Below, one piece after another: positions 33,710 to 43,577 of a stretch of 64,000 nt of DNA. The notes under the pieces were generated by a model. The model worked only from the letters and a program-made list of their open reading frames with translations. It searched no databases and was not told where the DNA came from. The position numbers and the translations under genes are program-made. The first letter of the stretch is position 1, and each line of letters opens with the position of its first letter. Location: the NCBI GenBank assembly GCA_963664815.2, contig CAXXHB010000003.1, forward strand, positions 1,984,001-2,048,000, given 5' to 3'. Origin of the DNA: Spirochaetota bacterium. GTDB taxonomy: Bacteria > Spirochaetota > UBA4802 > UBA5550.

Positions 33710-34981
33710 ATGGAATATGGTCTAAATTACTGGATAGATAATAAATCAAAACTACTTTCACAGTATGAAAAGCTATTAAAAAAAAATGAAAAATTACTTA
33801 ACCTGCTAACAAAAAAGTTTGAAAGCATCCTTATTGGAAGCGGCTGTAATGCGCAGGTAAAAGGCAGAATTAAATCATTTGACGCTCTCTACAGAAAGCT
33901 TCTTACCAGATGTCAGAATGGACCAATTGAAAAACCTTTTGAGGTTATAACAGATATTATCGGAATGCGCATTGTAGTGCCATTTCTCGAGGATCTTGAA
34001 AGTGTTGAAAAAATGATAAAAACACACTTCCAGGTTTTTGAAACCGAATACAAATCACGCGAATTATCAATAAGGGAATTCGGTTATGATTCAATTCACA
34101 TGCAGATAAAATTACCTGATGACATTGTGAGTAAGATAAAAAATTCAGAAAATATGAAAATCGAGATACAATTGAGAACCATACTTCAGGATGCATGGGC
34201 TGAAGTTGAACATGAACTTATATATAAAACAAGTATTGATAAAGTTGAAGACACAATCCGCAGAAAAATGATAGCTGTTAACGCAACATTATCGCTCGGA
34301 GACACTATTTTTCAGGAGATCCGGGACTACCAGAGAAAAAGATACAGAGATATCCAGGAAAGACATAAAAAACTGATGGATAAAGTATCAACAATTCCTG
34401 AAAAGATGGAAAAACTGAAAACCACGATGGATATTATCAGCCAGGAAAAACCAAATGAATATATCCGGGAAACTCCAAGGAAAATACAACCACTTAACAT
34501 GACTAATTCAACAGATAAGCATGGCCTGAATGATCTGCTTGTTGAAGCCATGAATGCACATCTTGAAAACCGTCTCACCGATGCCATAGAATTATATACA
34601 CAGCTTATACTTGTATCACCAAACCATTATATTTATAATCACAGGGGTCTTGTCTATTTTACCCTTTCAGAATACAACAAGGCTATTAACGATTTTACCA
34701 GGGCAATCCAGATGGCGCCTAAAGACACAAGGGTATATACCAACAGGGGACTTACTTACAGGATGCTTAAAAAGTATGATGACTCATTGAGGGATTTTAA
34801 CAAATCACTTGAACTCAATCCTCTCTGGCCTGACACTTTTTACGGAAGATCATTAACATATTATGATCTTGGAGATATACAGCATGCACTTGAGGATTGC
34901 GATAAGGCGATCAGTATAAAACCTGATTTTAAACAGGCAGTGCGCTTTAAACAGTTTATATTGAATCAGCAGATGACCTGA
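33710..34981 (+). CDS. small alarmone ((p)ppGpp) synthetase with C-terminal TPR repeats
   Basis: GRIKS, DIIGMR, GYDSIH, EIQLRT...WAEVEH, then TPR motifs (YNHRG, YTNRG, FYGRS). Confidence 0.9.
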   Translation: MEYGLNYWIDNKSKLLSQYEKLLKKNEKLLNLLTKKFESILIGSGCNAQVKGRIKSFDALYRKLLTRCQNGPIEKPFEVITDIIGMRIVVPFLEDLESVEKMIKTHFQVFETEYKSRELSIREFGYDSIHMQIKLPDDIVSKIKNSENMKIEIQLRTILQDAWAEVEHELIYKTSIDKVEDTIRRKMIAVNATLSLGDTIFQEIRDYQRKRYRDIQERHKKLMDKVSTIPEKMEKLKTTMDIISQEKPNEYIRETPRKIQPLNMTNSTDKHGLNDLLVEAMNAHLENRLTDAIELYTQLILVSPNHYIYNHRGLVYFTLSEYNKAINDFTRAIQMAPKDTRVYTNRGLTYRMLKKYDDSLRDFNKSLELNPLWPDTFYGRSLTYYDLGDIQHALEDCDKAISIKPDFKQAVRFKQFILNQQMT

Positions 34982-34998
34982 ATTTTTGTTAAAATATT

Positions 34999-35658
34999 TT
35001 ATTTAAACACTTCACCTGCCTCTTTATACCATAATACAAAATCAAGGTGTTCCATGGGAATACCTGACTTTTTTGAATAACCTGATAATTTTTTTTCAAG
35101 TGAGAGATATACCTTTTCAGTAATACTTTCAGGTATTTCATCTATTACACTCAGTAATTTCATGTTTTTTAGTATATGCCTGTCAAGAATTGCAAGCTGG
35201 TCACCAATACCGATATTTCTCATAAAATGACTGGCTTCTTTGAATCCCATTCCTTTTACATTTTTCACGAGCCATTTCCTCTTTTCAAACTGGCTGAAAT
35301 TAAGATTAAGACATTCCCGTACTCCTGTATCACTGCAACAGAATTTTCCTCTTGCCTCAACAAGATACCGGGCTTTGTTATTTCTGAACCTTACAATATT
35401 TATCTCCCTGCTTATTTCATCCCAATCTCCGCTGAAAAGAAGATCCTTTTCCAGCAGAATATTCACTGCTTTCCAGCACTGTCTTGCACTTGATTGAGGA
35501 GTGAATAAACAGAATGCCAGTTCAGCAAAAAGTTCATTGTTATCCGCGCTATCCCATATATTCCTGAATTCAGAGATTCTATGTACTATTTCCGGTTTGA
35601 TCTTTTTATATAAATCGAATATTTCTTTTTCGTAAGTATCTGGAATTTGTTTTGACAT
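34999..35658 (-). CDS. ogg: 8-oxoguanine DNA glycosylase/AP lyase (Ogg2, thermostable type)
   Basis: ELAFCLFTPQS, KGMGFKEASHFMRNIG, AILDRH, terminal Lys. Confidence 0.92.
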   Translation of the reverse strand: MSKQIPDTYEKEIFDLYKKIKPEIVHRISEFRNIWDSADNNELFAELAFCLFTPQSSARQCWKAVNILLEKDLLFSGDWDEISREINIVRFRNNKARYLVEARGKFCCSDTGVRECLNLNFSQFEKRKWLVKNVKGMGFKEASHFMRNIGIGDQLAILDRHILKNMKLLSVIDEIPESITEKVYLSLEKKLSGYSKKSGIPMEHLDFVLWYKEAGEVFK

Positions 35659-35815
35659 ATACTGCTCCTTCTATCGCACACACAAATGGTGCAAAGATAT
35701 CTTCTTCACCTCTCAAAGGGTAAAGGGTAATTTAAAAAATAAGTTGCAACAAAAACAATAAGAAGTAATTTATAATCTGAAAAACCAGTTTAATCTTTGA
35801 TACAGGAGATAATTC

Positions 35816-36301
35816 ATGGCTGAAAATAAACAATTAAAAATTGAAAGTAAGGCACCTGATTTCAGACTTCCTGATTCATCAGGTGAAACTGTTTCTCTTA
35901 AAGATTACCGGGATAAATGGCTTGTTCTATATTTTTACCCAAAGGACAATACAAGTGGGTGTACAACCGAAGCTATTGATTTCACAGGGAATCTTCCGGA
36001 GTTTAAAAAATTAAATTGTTATATTGTTGGAGTAAGTCCTGATTCATGTAAGAGCCACCAGAAGTTTATAGAAAGACATGATCTTGCAGTAACACTCCTG
36101 AGTGATGAGGAGAAGATGGTTCTGGAGAAGTATGGAGTCTGGCAGACTAAAAAGATGTATGGCAAGGAATACCTGGGAGTTGTTAGAACCACATTCCTTA
36201 TAAGCCCCGATGGCAAAATAAGGTTTATATGGAATAATGTGAAGGTTGCCGGACATATTACAGAAGTACTTAAAAAACTAAAGGAGCTTCAGAATTTATA
36301 A
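35816..36301 (+). CDS. bcp: peroxiredoxin Bcp
   Basis: YFYPKDNTSGCTTEA. Confidence 0.95.
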   Translation: MAENKQLKIESKAPDFRLPDSSGETVSLKDYRDKWLVLYFYPKDNTSGCTTEAIDFTGNLPEFKKLNCYIVGVSPDSCKSHQKFIERHDLAVTLLSDEEKMVLEKYGVWQTKKMYGKEYLGVVRTTFLISPDGKIRFIWNNVKVAGHITEVLKKLKELQNL

Positions 36302-36451
36302 TCTATTAATCAAGCTTTAAAATCGCCGATATGTTTAATATAAATAATCAGAATATCAAAAAACAGAATATATATTTTTATTAAAAACACTTGACTCCTT
36401 CTTTTTACCCAAAAAATCTGAATTATAATAAACATAAAAAATGGTGAAGAG

Positions 36452-36895
36452 ATGAATGCAAAACCTGATAAAGTCTATGATATGATGAAAGAAGCGATGG
36501 GATCACCTGATGAACTTACTCTTCCACCTAACTGTTTCATTGAAATGGAAGGGAAATTTATTGAACATAAAGAAAATGATTTCCTGAAGATGTCATTCCC
36601 TGTACAGGAAAAGTACTGTAATCCTGCCGGTAATTTACTCGGTGGTATGTTTGCGGCATTTTTTGACAATACATTCGGACCATTCTCATACATGACAGCA
36701 AAAAAGCCAACAACCAGCCTCGATCTTAACGTCACTTTTATCAGATCTATACCCCCCGGAGAAAAAGAGGTTATCATAGAAGCAAAAATTGTAAAAATTA
36801 CAAAAAGATTTATAATATTCGAGGGGAAAGCATTTAATCCCAAAAATGACCTCCTTGCCACAAGCACTTCAAGAATGATGATACTTGGGAATTGA
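36452..36895 (+). CDS. PaaI family thioesterase
   Basis: NPAGNLLGG...D hot-dog motif. Confidence 0.88.
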   Translation: MNAKPDKVYDMMKEAMGSPDELTLPPNCFIEMEGKFIEHKENDFLKMSFPVQEKYCNPAGNLLGGMFAAFFDNTFGPFSYMTAKKPTTSLDLNVTFIRSIPPGEKEVIIEAKIVKITKRFIIFEGKAFNPKNDLLATSTSRMMILGN

Positions 36896-36919
36896 CGGAT
36901 TAAATGCTTTCCAGGGAAT

Positions 36920-38227
36920 TTATCTTTCGACTATCCCTTTGGTCTCATTCATTACTACAACAGGAATATTAATGCCTTTAAGATTTTTCATTGAATCAGC
37001 AACATCCTGCGGAAAACCGCGGTAAAGGACAGCAGCCTCGACTGAAACTTTACCGCTGAACTGACCGGCATCAATTTTTTCAATATACTCCTCCATGGGT
37101 TTAAACCTTCTGTCGCTCAGAATCTCTTTCGCTTTTGCAATATTATCCACAACCTTACCCTTCCCGTCTCCAAAAACTGTACTGAAAAACCTTGTATCAG
37201 CGGGGAGATAACCCTTTTTGTCAGCAACGCCGGTTGTATAGATAATTTTTCCTTTAATATCCTTAACTATTACTTTAAGCCATACCTGCCGTACATTTGT
37301 AAGTCCGGTAGGTACATTATGCCCTGCTCCGTTATTCAGAATCCTCACAATAATTTTATCATTCTCTGTTTTATGATCTACTTTTATAACAACAGCATTT
37401 TTCAGCCGATCTTCGGCCATTTTTGTCAGAGTTTTATTCTTCTCTATTGACGGGATTGCCATATTTCCACCAATAAAATAGTGTGTGAAAATATGATCTC
37501 TACCTGGGCCGCCTGAAGCTGCTATACCCGGATTTTTTTTCCTGACTGTAGATCCGGTAGCTGGTAAACCAGGTTTCTGATACATATGACAATCCTGGCA
37601 TTGTATTCCCTGTTTTCTGTATGGGCTATTCTCCCATTCCTGATAGGTAGTTTCAAGTGATGTTCCATAATTCACATGTTTAACATCATGACAGGTTCCG
37701 CACATTTCTGATTTTGTATGAAATTCTGAAAACTCTATATTATGGAAATCTGATTTAGAATCTTTGAATGGACCACGTTTTGTTCCGGGATTTTCTTCGC
37801 CATTACCGGGATTGTATTTAAACTTTGCATTATATACAGCATAAGCTCCTGTAATAGAATGGCAGTAGTCACATTGAATTCCTTTTTTTGCTATCTCTGC
37901 AATTTTAGTTTTATCATCTGATGTTTTAAGAGGATAACCCGTTATATAACCGACAGGAGTATGGCATATCTGGCAATGCTCTGCTTCTTCAATTTCCTTT
38001 TTTACACTAAGTCCAATCAATCCTGCATCAGCCACTTCAGAATAGAGTATATCACTCAAAGCAAGATTATGCATAGAACCTTTCCACTGGGAATAAATCT
38101 CATCATGGCATCCGCCGCATGTTTCAGGAGAGATAAACTGTGAAAGCCGGTAATGAACAACTTTATCGGAAGAACAGGCATAAATGGTAATAACAGCTAA
38201 AAATGTTATAATTGTAAATCTTTTCAT
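36920..38227 (-). CDS. pentaheme cytochrome c lipoprotein (c554/c552-like)
   Basis: Lipobox YAC; five CxxCH motifs (CGGCH, CQICH, CDYCH, CGTCH, CQDCH). Confidence 0.88.
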   Translation of the reverse strand: MKRFTIITFLAVITIYACSSDKVVHYRLSQFISPETCGGCHDEIYSQWKGSMHNLALSDILYSEVADAGLIGLSVKKEIEEAEHCQICHTPVGYITGYPLKTSDDKTKIAEIAKKGIQCDYCHSITGAYAVYNAKFKYNPGNGEENPGTKRGPFKDSKSDFHNIEFSEFHTKSEMCGTCHDVKHVNYGTSLETTYQEWENSPYRKQGIQCQDCHMYQKPGLPATGSTVRKKNPGIAASGGPGRDHIFTHYFIGGNMAIPSIEKNKTLTKMAEDRLKNAVVIKVDHKTENDKIIVRILNNGAGHNVPTGLTNVRQVWLKVIVKDIKGKIIYTTGVADKKGYLPADTRFFSTVFGDGKGKVVDNIAKAKEILSDRRFKPMEEYIEKIDAGQFSGKVSVEAAVLYRGFPQDVADSMKNLKGINIPVVVMNETKGIVER

Positions 38228-38732
38228 GTCGAATCCTCATTCATTAAATATTTTTTTATTAAAAGTAGCTCTGCGGCAATTCTTAAAATATTTTATCCTC
38301 ATATTACGGCAATAGTATTTACGATATATCCTTAAAACCGCTTTTTGAATTTTTAAAATTGAGTTATTGATTCTATCAATATCATCCTGAGTAATCATTA
38401 AAAAATTACTGAATAAATTCTCAGTATCAGAGTAATTTTTATATATATTTTAAAATTTAAAATAGCTGGATTTAAACGGTTTATTTATAATTTTTAAGGA
38501 ATTCATCAAATATATTTTCTTATAAAACTTTATATCAGATTTTTTGAATAAACGACTTTTTTATGAAACTTTGGTTGCTTTTTCTTATACTAAAATGTAG
38601 ATTTAAATATACAAGTATAAAAAGAGCTGTTTTAAAACTTTATTTTAAAACAGTCATTATGTGAATGATCTGACAATTTATTGTTAGCCCTGTAAGACGT
38701 TAATTAAAATCAATTTACACAAGGAGGAAATT

Positions 38733-39896
38733 TTGAAAGCAGTAAAAATACATGAAAACATATACTGGGTTGGAGGTATAGACTGGAATATCAGAAGCTT
38801 CCATGGCTACCTCACACAAAGAGGAACTACATACAATGCATATTTAATAATAGATGATAAAATAACACTTATCGACACTGTAAAATATTATCATTACGAT
38901 GAAATGATAGAAAGAATATCATCTGTAATTGACCCGGAAAAAATTGATTACATAATCTCAAATCATGCGGAGATGGATCATTCAGGTGCACTGCCGGAGC
39001 TGATGAAACTTATACCCGGTGCAGAGATTATTGCTACTCCCAACGGAGAAAAAGCACTTAATGAACATTTTAAAATGAACTGGACATGCAGAACCGTAAA
39101 GGCCGGCGACACTCTTTCCACAGGTAAATATAAATTTTCATTTCACCCGGCGCCAATGGTTCACTGGCCTGACAACATGCTTACATATATGGAAAATGAG
39201 AATATTCTCTTCTCCAATGATGCATTCGGTCAGCACCTGGCAACATCCGAAAGATTTGATGACCAGTACAATCTTGATACAATCATCGAAGAGGCGAGAA
39301 AATATTATGCAAATATAGTTCTCCCATATTCTGTTCAGGTACAGAAAGCACTTTCAGATCTTGGCAGTCTTAAAATCGATATGATAGCACCAAGCCATGG
39401 AATCATATGGAGAAAAAATGCAGGGATTATTGTTGATGAATATGTTAAATGGGCATCCGGCATCACAAAGAAGAAGGCTCTTGTCATCTACGATACAATG
39501 TGGAATTCGACAGCATTAATTGCTGAAACAATAGGATCTGTTTTTGAAGAAAAAGGTTATGATTTCAAAATGTACAATCTTCAGTTTAATCATATGTCTG
39601 ATATCATGACAGAGCTTCTTGAGGCTGAATTTATCTGTGTCGGATCTCCTACCCTGAATAACAATATGCTTCCATCTGTTGCAGGTTTCCTTACTTACAT
39701 GAAAGGGCTTGCTCCAAAACAGAGAAAGGGGCTGGCATTCGGTTCATTCGGATGGGGAGGACAGGGTGTTAAACAGGTTCATGAAGCCCTTATGGGATGC
39801 AATTACCAGATGTATGATCTTATCAGTATTAAATACAGACCTGATACTGAAGCCCTTGAAACAATAAAAGCACAACTGTTTAATAGTATTAAATAA
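38733..39896 (+). CDS. fprA: flavodiiron protein (FprA/ROO)
   Basis: GTTYNAY, NHAEMDHSG, HWPD, DAFGQH, flavodoxin GSFGWGG. Confidence 0.95.
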   Translation: MKAVKIHENIYWVGGIDWNIRSFHGYLTQRGTTYNAYLIIDDKITLIDTVKYYHYDEMIERISSVIDPEKIDYIISNHAEMDHSGALPELMKLIPGAEIIATPNGEKALNEHFKMNWTCRTVKAGDTLSTGKYKFSFHPAPMVHWPDNMLTYMENENILFSNDAFGQHLATSERFDDQYNLDTIIEEARKYYANIVLPYSVQVQKALSDLGSLKIDMIAPSHGIIWRKNAGIIVDEYVKWASGITKKKALVIYDTMWNSTALIAETIGSVFEEKGYDFKMYNLQFNHMSDIMTELLEAEFICVGSPTLNNNMLPSVAGFLTYMKGLAPKQRKGLAFGSFGWGGQGVKQVHEALMGCNYQMYDLISIKYRPDTEALETIKAQLFNSIK

Positions 39897-39938
39897 TATC
39901 AAAACTGATGTAATTAAATATCCCGGAGGTTTTATTAA

Positions 39939-40100
39939 ATGAAAAAGTATATCTGTTCAGTCTGTGGTTATGTTTATGATCCGGAGAAAGGGATTCCCGA
40001 AGAGGGAATTGCCCCCGGAACTCCTTTTGAAGATCTACCTGATGATTTCGTCTGTCCGGTATGTGGTGTCGGTAAAGATGAATTTGCACCGGAATCTTAG
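39939..40100 (+). CDS. rub: rubredoxin (53 aa; below the ORF-track cutoff)
   Basis: Manual translation [53 protein letters not shown]; GGAGG RBS. Confidence 0.97.
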   Translation: MKKYICSVCGYVYDPEKGIPEEGIAPGTPFEDLPDDFVCPVCGVGKDEFAPES

Positions 40101-40133
40101 AAAGAATGAAATAATTAAAAAAGGAGGATTTAA

Positions 40134-41462
40134 ATGGATGCCGTATTACTTTCAAGAATACAATTTGCTATGACGGCAGGTTTTCACTTCATATTTCCGC
40201 CATTAACGCTGGGACTTGGTCTTATAATATTAATATACGAAACTCTTTATATCAGAACCAATAAAGAACAGTATATGAATATTGCAAAATTCATAATAAA
40301 GATTTTTGCCCTGATATTTGCAATTGGTGTTGCATCAGGTATTGTCCTGGAATTTTCTTTCGGGACAAACTGGTCTACTTATTCAAGAATGGTAGGTGAC
40401 ATATTCGGAGCCCCGCTTGCTGCAGAAGGAGTTCTTGCTTTTTTTCTTGAATCTGTTTTTATCGGAGTGCTGCTTTTCGGAAGAAATAAAGTTTCAAAAA
40501 GAGTTTACTGGCTGTCTGCATTTCTTGTTTTCTTCGGTTCGCACCTTTCAGGATTATGGATAATAATTGCAAATTCGTGGATGCAGACACCGGCAGGTTT
40601 TGTCATTGAAGGTGGACGTGCAGTCCTTAAAGATTTTTTTGCTGCAGCAGTGAATCATTCCACAATGCAGCGGTATTTACATACAATTATCGGCGGATGG
40701 CTTTCAGGTTCACTTTTCATGGCCGGTATAAGTTCATGGTATATTCTCAAAAAAAGAGATCTGGACTATGCCAGACCTATCCTGAAAGTCTCACTGATAG
40801 TTTTTATACTAACTTCCTTTCTTCAATTCGGAACAGGGCATATGCATGCGGTTCAGGTTGCAAAAACACAACCTGTAAAAATGGCGGCTATGGAAGGTTT
40901 ATGGGAATCAAAAACCGGAGCTGGACTTTCTGTTTATGGAATTCCCGATTCTTCAAAAAAGATAACTCACTTCGATATAAGAATTCCCAAGCTTCTCAGT
41001 ATTATGATCTATGCTGATCCGAAAGCAAAAATACAGGGATTGAACGATTTTTCAGAAGACCTTCATCCGCCGGTTTTCATCACATTTCAGGTTTACCACG
41101 CAATGATAGGAATGGGAAGCCTTTTTGCACTGATATCACTTATCGGACTTTTTCTTTTAATTAAGAAAAAACTATATGAAACAGACTGGTATCTTAAGGT
41201 TCTTTTGTTTGCAATACCGATTCCGCTTATTGCAAATGAAGTCGGGTGGATGACAGCAGAGATAGGCCGTCAGCCCTGGGCTGTTTATAACGTCCTTAAA
41301 ACAGCTGATGCTGCATCGGTGGTTGTACCAGCCTGGCAGATCCTGGCAACAATTATAATGTTCACAATACTTTATGCTGTACTTTTAATGTTTTTCATAA
41401 AGTTCCTTGTGGCTTTGATTAAAAAAGGACCTGAAAAGGTTATTGCCACTGAAGGTTATTAG
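40134..41462 (+). CDS. cydA: cytochrome bd ubiquinol oxidase subunit I
   Basis: SRIQFAMTAGFH, FFLES, QPVKMAAMEG, EIGRQPW. Confidence 0.96.
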   Translation: MDAVLLSRIQFAMTAGFHFIFPPLTLGLGLIILIYETLYIRTNKEQYMNIAKFIIKIFALIFAIGVASGIVLEFSFGTNWSTYSRMVGDIFGAPLAAEGVLAFFLESVFIGVLLFGRNKVSKRVYWLSAFLVFFGSHLSGLWIIIANSWMQTPAGFVIEGGRAVLKDFFAAAVNHSTMQRYLHTIIGGWLSGSLFMAGISSWYILKKRDLDYARPILKVSLIVFILTSFLQFGTGHMHAVQVAKTQPVKMAAMEGLWESKTGAGLSVYGIPDSSKKITHFDIRIPKLLSIMIYADPKAKIQGLNDFSEDLHPPVFITFQVYHAMIGMGSLFALISLIGLFLLIKKKLYETDWYLKVLLFAIPIPLIANEVGWMTAEIGRQPWAVYNVLKTADAASVVVPAWQILATIIMFTILYAVLLMFFIKFLVALIKKGPEKVIATEGY

Positions 41463-41471
41463 GAGGATTAA

Positions 41472-42473
41472 ATGGATACACTGACATTTCTTCAGTTTAC
41501 ATGGTTTATTTTAATTGGTGTTCTTTTTGCAGGTTATGCTGTTCTTGACGGGTTTGACCTGGGTGTCGGTTCACTTCTGCCTTTCCTTGCAGGCAATGAT
41601 GAAAAAAAGACAGAGATTCTTTTCAAATCTATCGGTCCGGTGTGGGACGGGAACGAAGTTTGGCTTATTACTGCAGGGGGAGCATTATTTGCGGCTTTTC
41701 CCAATGCATATGCGACTGTTTTCAGCGGATTTTATCTTGCCCTTATGATTGTCCTCCTAGGGCTTATTTTGCGGGCTGTTTCAAACGAGTTTTTTATTCT
41801 TGAACATGATAATAAAGGTATATGGGCCAAAACTTTTTTTATCGGCAGTCTTGTACCATCAATTCTTTTCGGGGTTGCCCTTGGTAATGTAATAGTTGGA
41901 ATTCCTCTGGATGCAAAAATGGAATTTACAGGTACTTTCTTTACATTATTAAGACCATTCCCTCTTGCAATCGGATTACTTGGTTTATCTGCAATTCTTA
42001 TGCAGGGTGTAACATACACGTTATTAAAAACCGATGGAGAAATAAATGAAACAGCGTCATCTGTTTCGGGAAAAATCTACTATCTTTATGCGGTGATGTT
42101 TATAATCTCACTTGTTCTTTCATATGTTTTTATACCCGAGAGAATGAACATAATACCGGCATGGATTTCCGCCGCAGCTTTTACAGTTTCAATGGCAGCT
42201 TTAAGATTTTTTTTAATCCGGAAAAGTGAATTAAATGCGTTTCTTTCATCATCAATTGCATTTATATCTTTATGGGGAATTGCAGGTTCAGTACAATTTC
42301 CTGTACTGGTAAACTCAATAGACAGCAACTCACTCGATCTGACAGTTTATAATTCATCCTCAAGCGTACTTACTTTATCGGTAATGTTTGGTATAGCTCT
42401 GGTTGGTATGCCCATTGTAATCGCATATTCCGTATATGTTTACAGGGTTTTCAAAGGTAAAATAAATCAATAA
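41472..42473 (+). CDS. cydB: cytochrome bd ubiquinol oxidase subunit II
   Basis: LDGFDLGVG, PVWDGNEVWL. Confidence 0.96.
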   Translation: MDTLTFLQFTWFILIGVLFAGYAVLDGFDLGVGSLLPFLAGNDEKKTEILFKSIGPVWDGNEVWLITAGGALFAAFPNAYATVFSGFYLALMIVLLGLILRAVSNEFFILEHDNKGIWAKTFFIGSLVPSILFGVALGNVIVGIPLDAKMEFTGTFFTLLRPFPLAIGLLGLSAILMQGVTYTLLKTDGEINETASSVSGKIYYLYAVMFIISLVLSYVFIPERMNIIPAWISAAAFTVSMAALRFFLIRKSELNAFLSSSIAFISLWGIAGSVQFPVLVNSIDSNSLDLTVYNSSSSVLTLSVMFGIALVGMPIVIAYSVYVYRVFKGKINQ

Positions 42474-42488
42474 TAGGAGAAAAATAAA

Positions 42489-42863
42489 ATGACTGAAAAA
42501 TCACAAATATATAAATGTGATAAATGCGGAAACATTGTAGAGGTACTTCATGTCGGTGAAACCGCGCTTTTTTGCTGCGGTCAGCCGATGACACTTCTTG
42601 AAGAAAAAACAGCTGATAAAACAACTGAAAAACATGTTCCTTTGATTGAAAAAACTTCTGACGGTTATAAAATAACAGTGGGAAGCACTCTTCATCCAAT
42701 GGAGGAAAAACATTTTATAGAATGGATTGAACTTCTATCAGAAGGAATATCGTATAAAAAATTCCTTAAACCGGGTGATAAACCAGAAGCGTTATTTAAG
42801 ACAGACGCAACAAATATTACTGCAAGAGAACATTGTAATATTCATGGTCTCTGGAGGTCTTAA
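42489..42863 (+). CDS. dfx: desulfoferrodoxin (2Fe superoxide reductase)
   Basis: CDKCGN...CCG, EKHVP, HPM...H, CNIHG. Confidence 0.96.
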   Translation: MTEKSQIYKCDKCGNIVEVLHVGETALFCCGQPMTLLEEKTADKTTEKHVPLIEKTSDGYKITVGSTLHPMEEKHFIEWIELLSEGISYKKFLKPGDKPEALFKTDATNITAREHCNIHGLWRS

Positions 42864-42929
42864 TTCATATTTTAGTAATAACGCTGATAAATATTGCCGT
42901 TATTTTATTAAAAAAATTATGGAGAGAAT

Positions 42930-43112
42930 ATGGCTCAGACATTAGAAAATAAAATACTGAACGCAATGAAAAAAGAGGGGAAACCTTTAAGACCTGGTGA
43001 AATAGCTGATCTTGCCAAAGAAGACAAGGATGCAGTAACTAAAGCTATAAAAAAACTTAGTTCTGAAGGAAAGGTAACATCTCCCAAAAGGTGTTTCTGG
43101 GAAGCTGTCTGA
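42930..43112 (+). CDS. small winged-helix DNA-binding protein
   Basis: GKPLRPGEIA...KAIKKL...SPKRCFW. Confidence 0.8.
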   Translation: MAQTLENKILNAMKKEGKPLRPGEIADLAKEDKDAVTKAIKKLSSEGKVTSPKRCFWEAV

Positions 43113-43146
43113 TTACGATTTATTGCTGACATTAAAAAAAATATAC

Positions 43147-43192
43147 TATAATGTAAGAATGCCATTTATTTATTTGGCATTCTTACATTATA
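43147..43192. repeat. perfect 18-bp inverted repeat at the operon end (terminator-like)
   Basis: TATAATGTAAGAATGCCA-N10-TGGCATTCTTACATTATA. Confidence 0.8.
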
Positions 43193-43577
43193 CCTTTCAG
43201 TAAATCCTCATTAACCTTTATAATAAATATTTTTTAATTATTTCAATATACAAATTTTTCTTGCAACATTTATATTAAATTGATGTCTTAATAAATATAT
43301 ATTATTTTTGATTACACCGCTTTTTTAAAAAAATCTAAATTATAATCAAAGGAGAAACTTTAAAACTCCTTATTAATTAAAAACAAACATTTTCGGGTGT
43401 TAAAAAGACTATTATATATGTTTTTCTTTTTTATTCCATTTTCCAGTTCCGCGTTAATTGATTCTGAAATTTTTCACATAAGGAATATATTTTAAAATTA
43501 AAAAATAAAATCAAAGTATGTAATTTCTTTTATTAATACATAATTTAAAAATAGTAATAAAATTGAGAGGTATCAAT

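Noticed and set aside
39889-40173. ORF-track calls 39889-40155(-) and 39964-40173(+)
   Set aside because: They overlap the real rubredoxin gene at 39939-40100 in other frames
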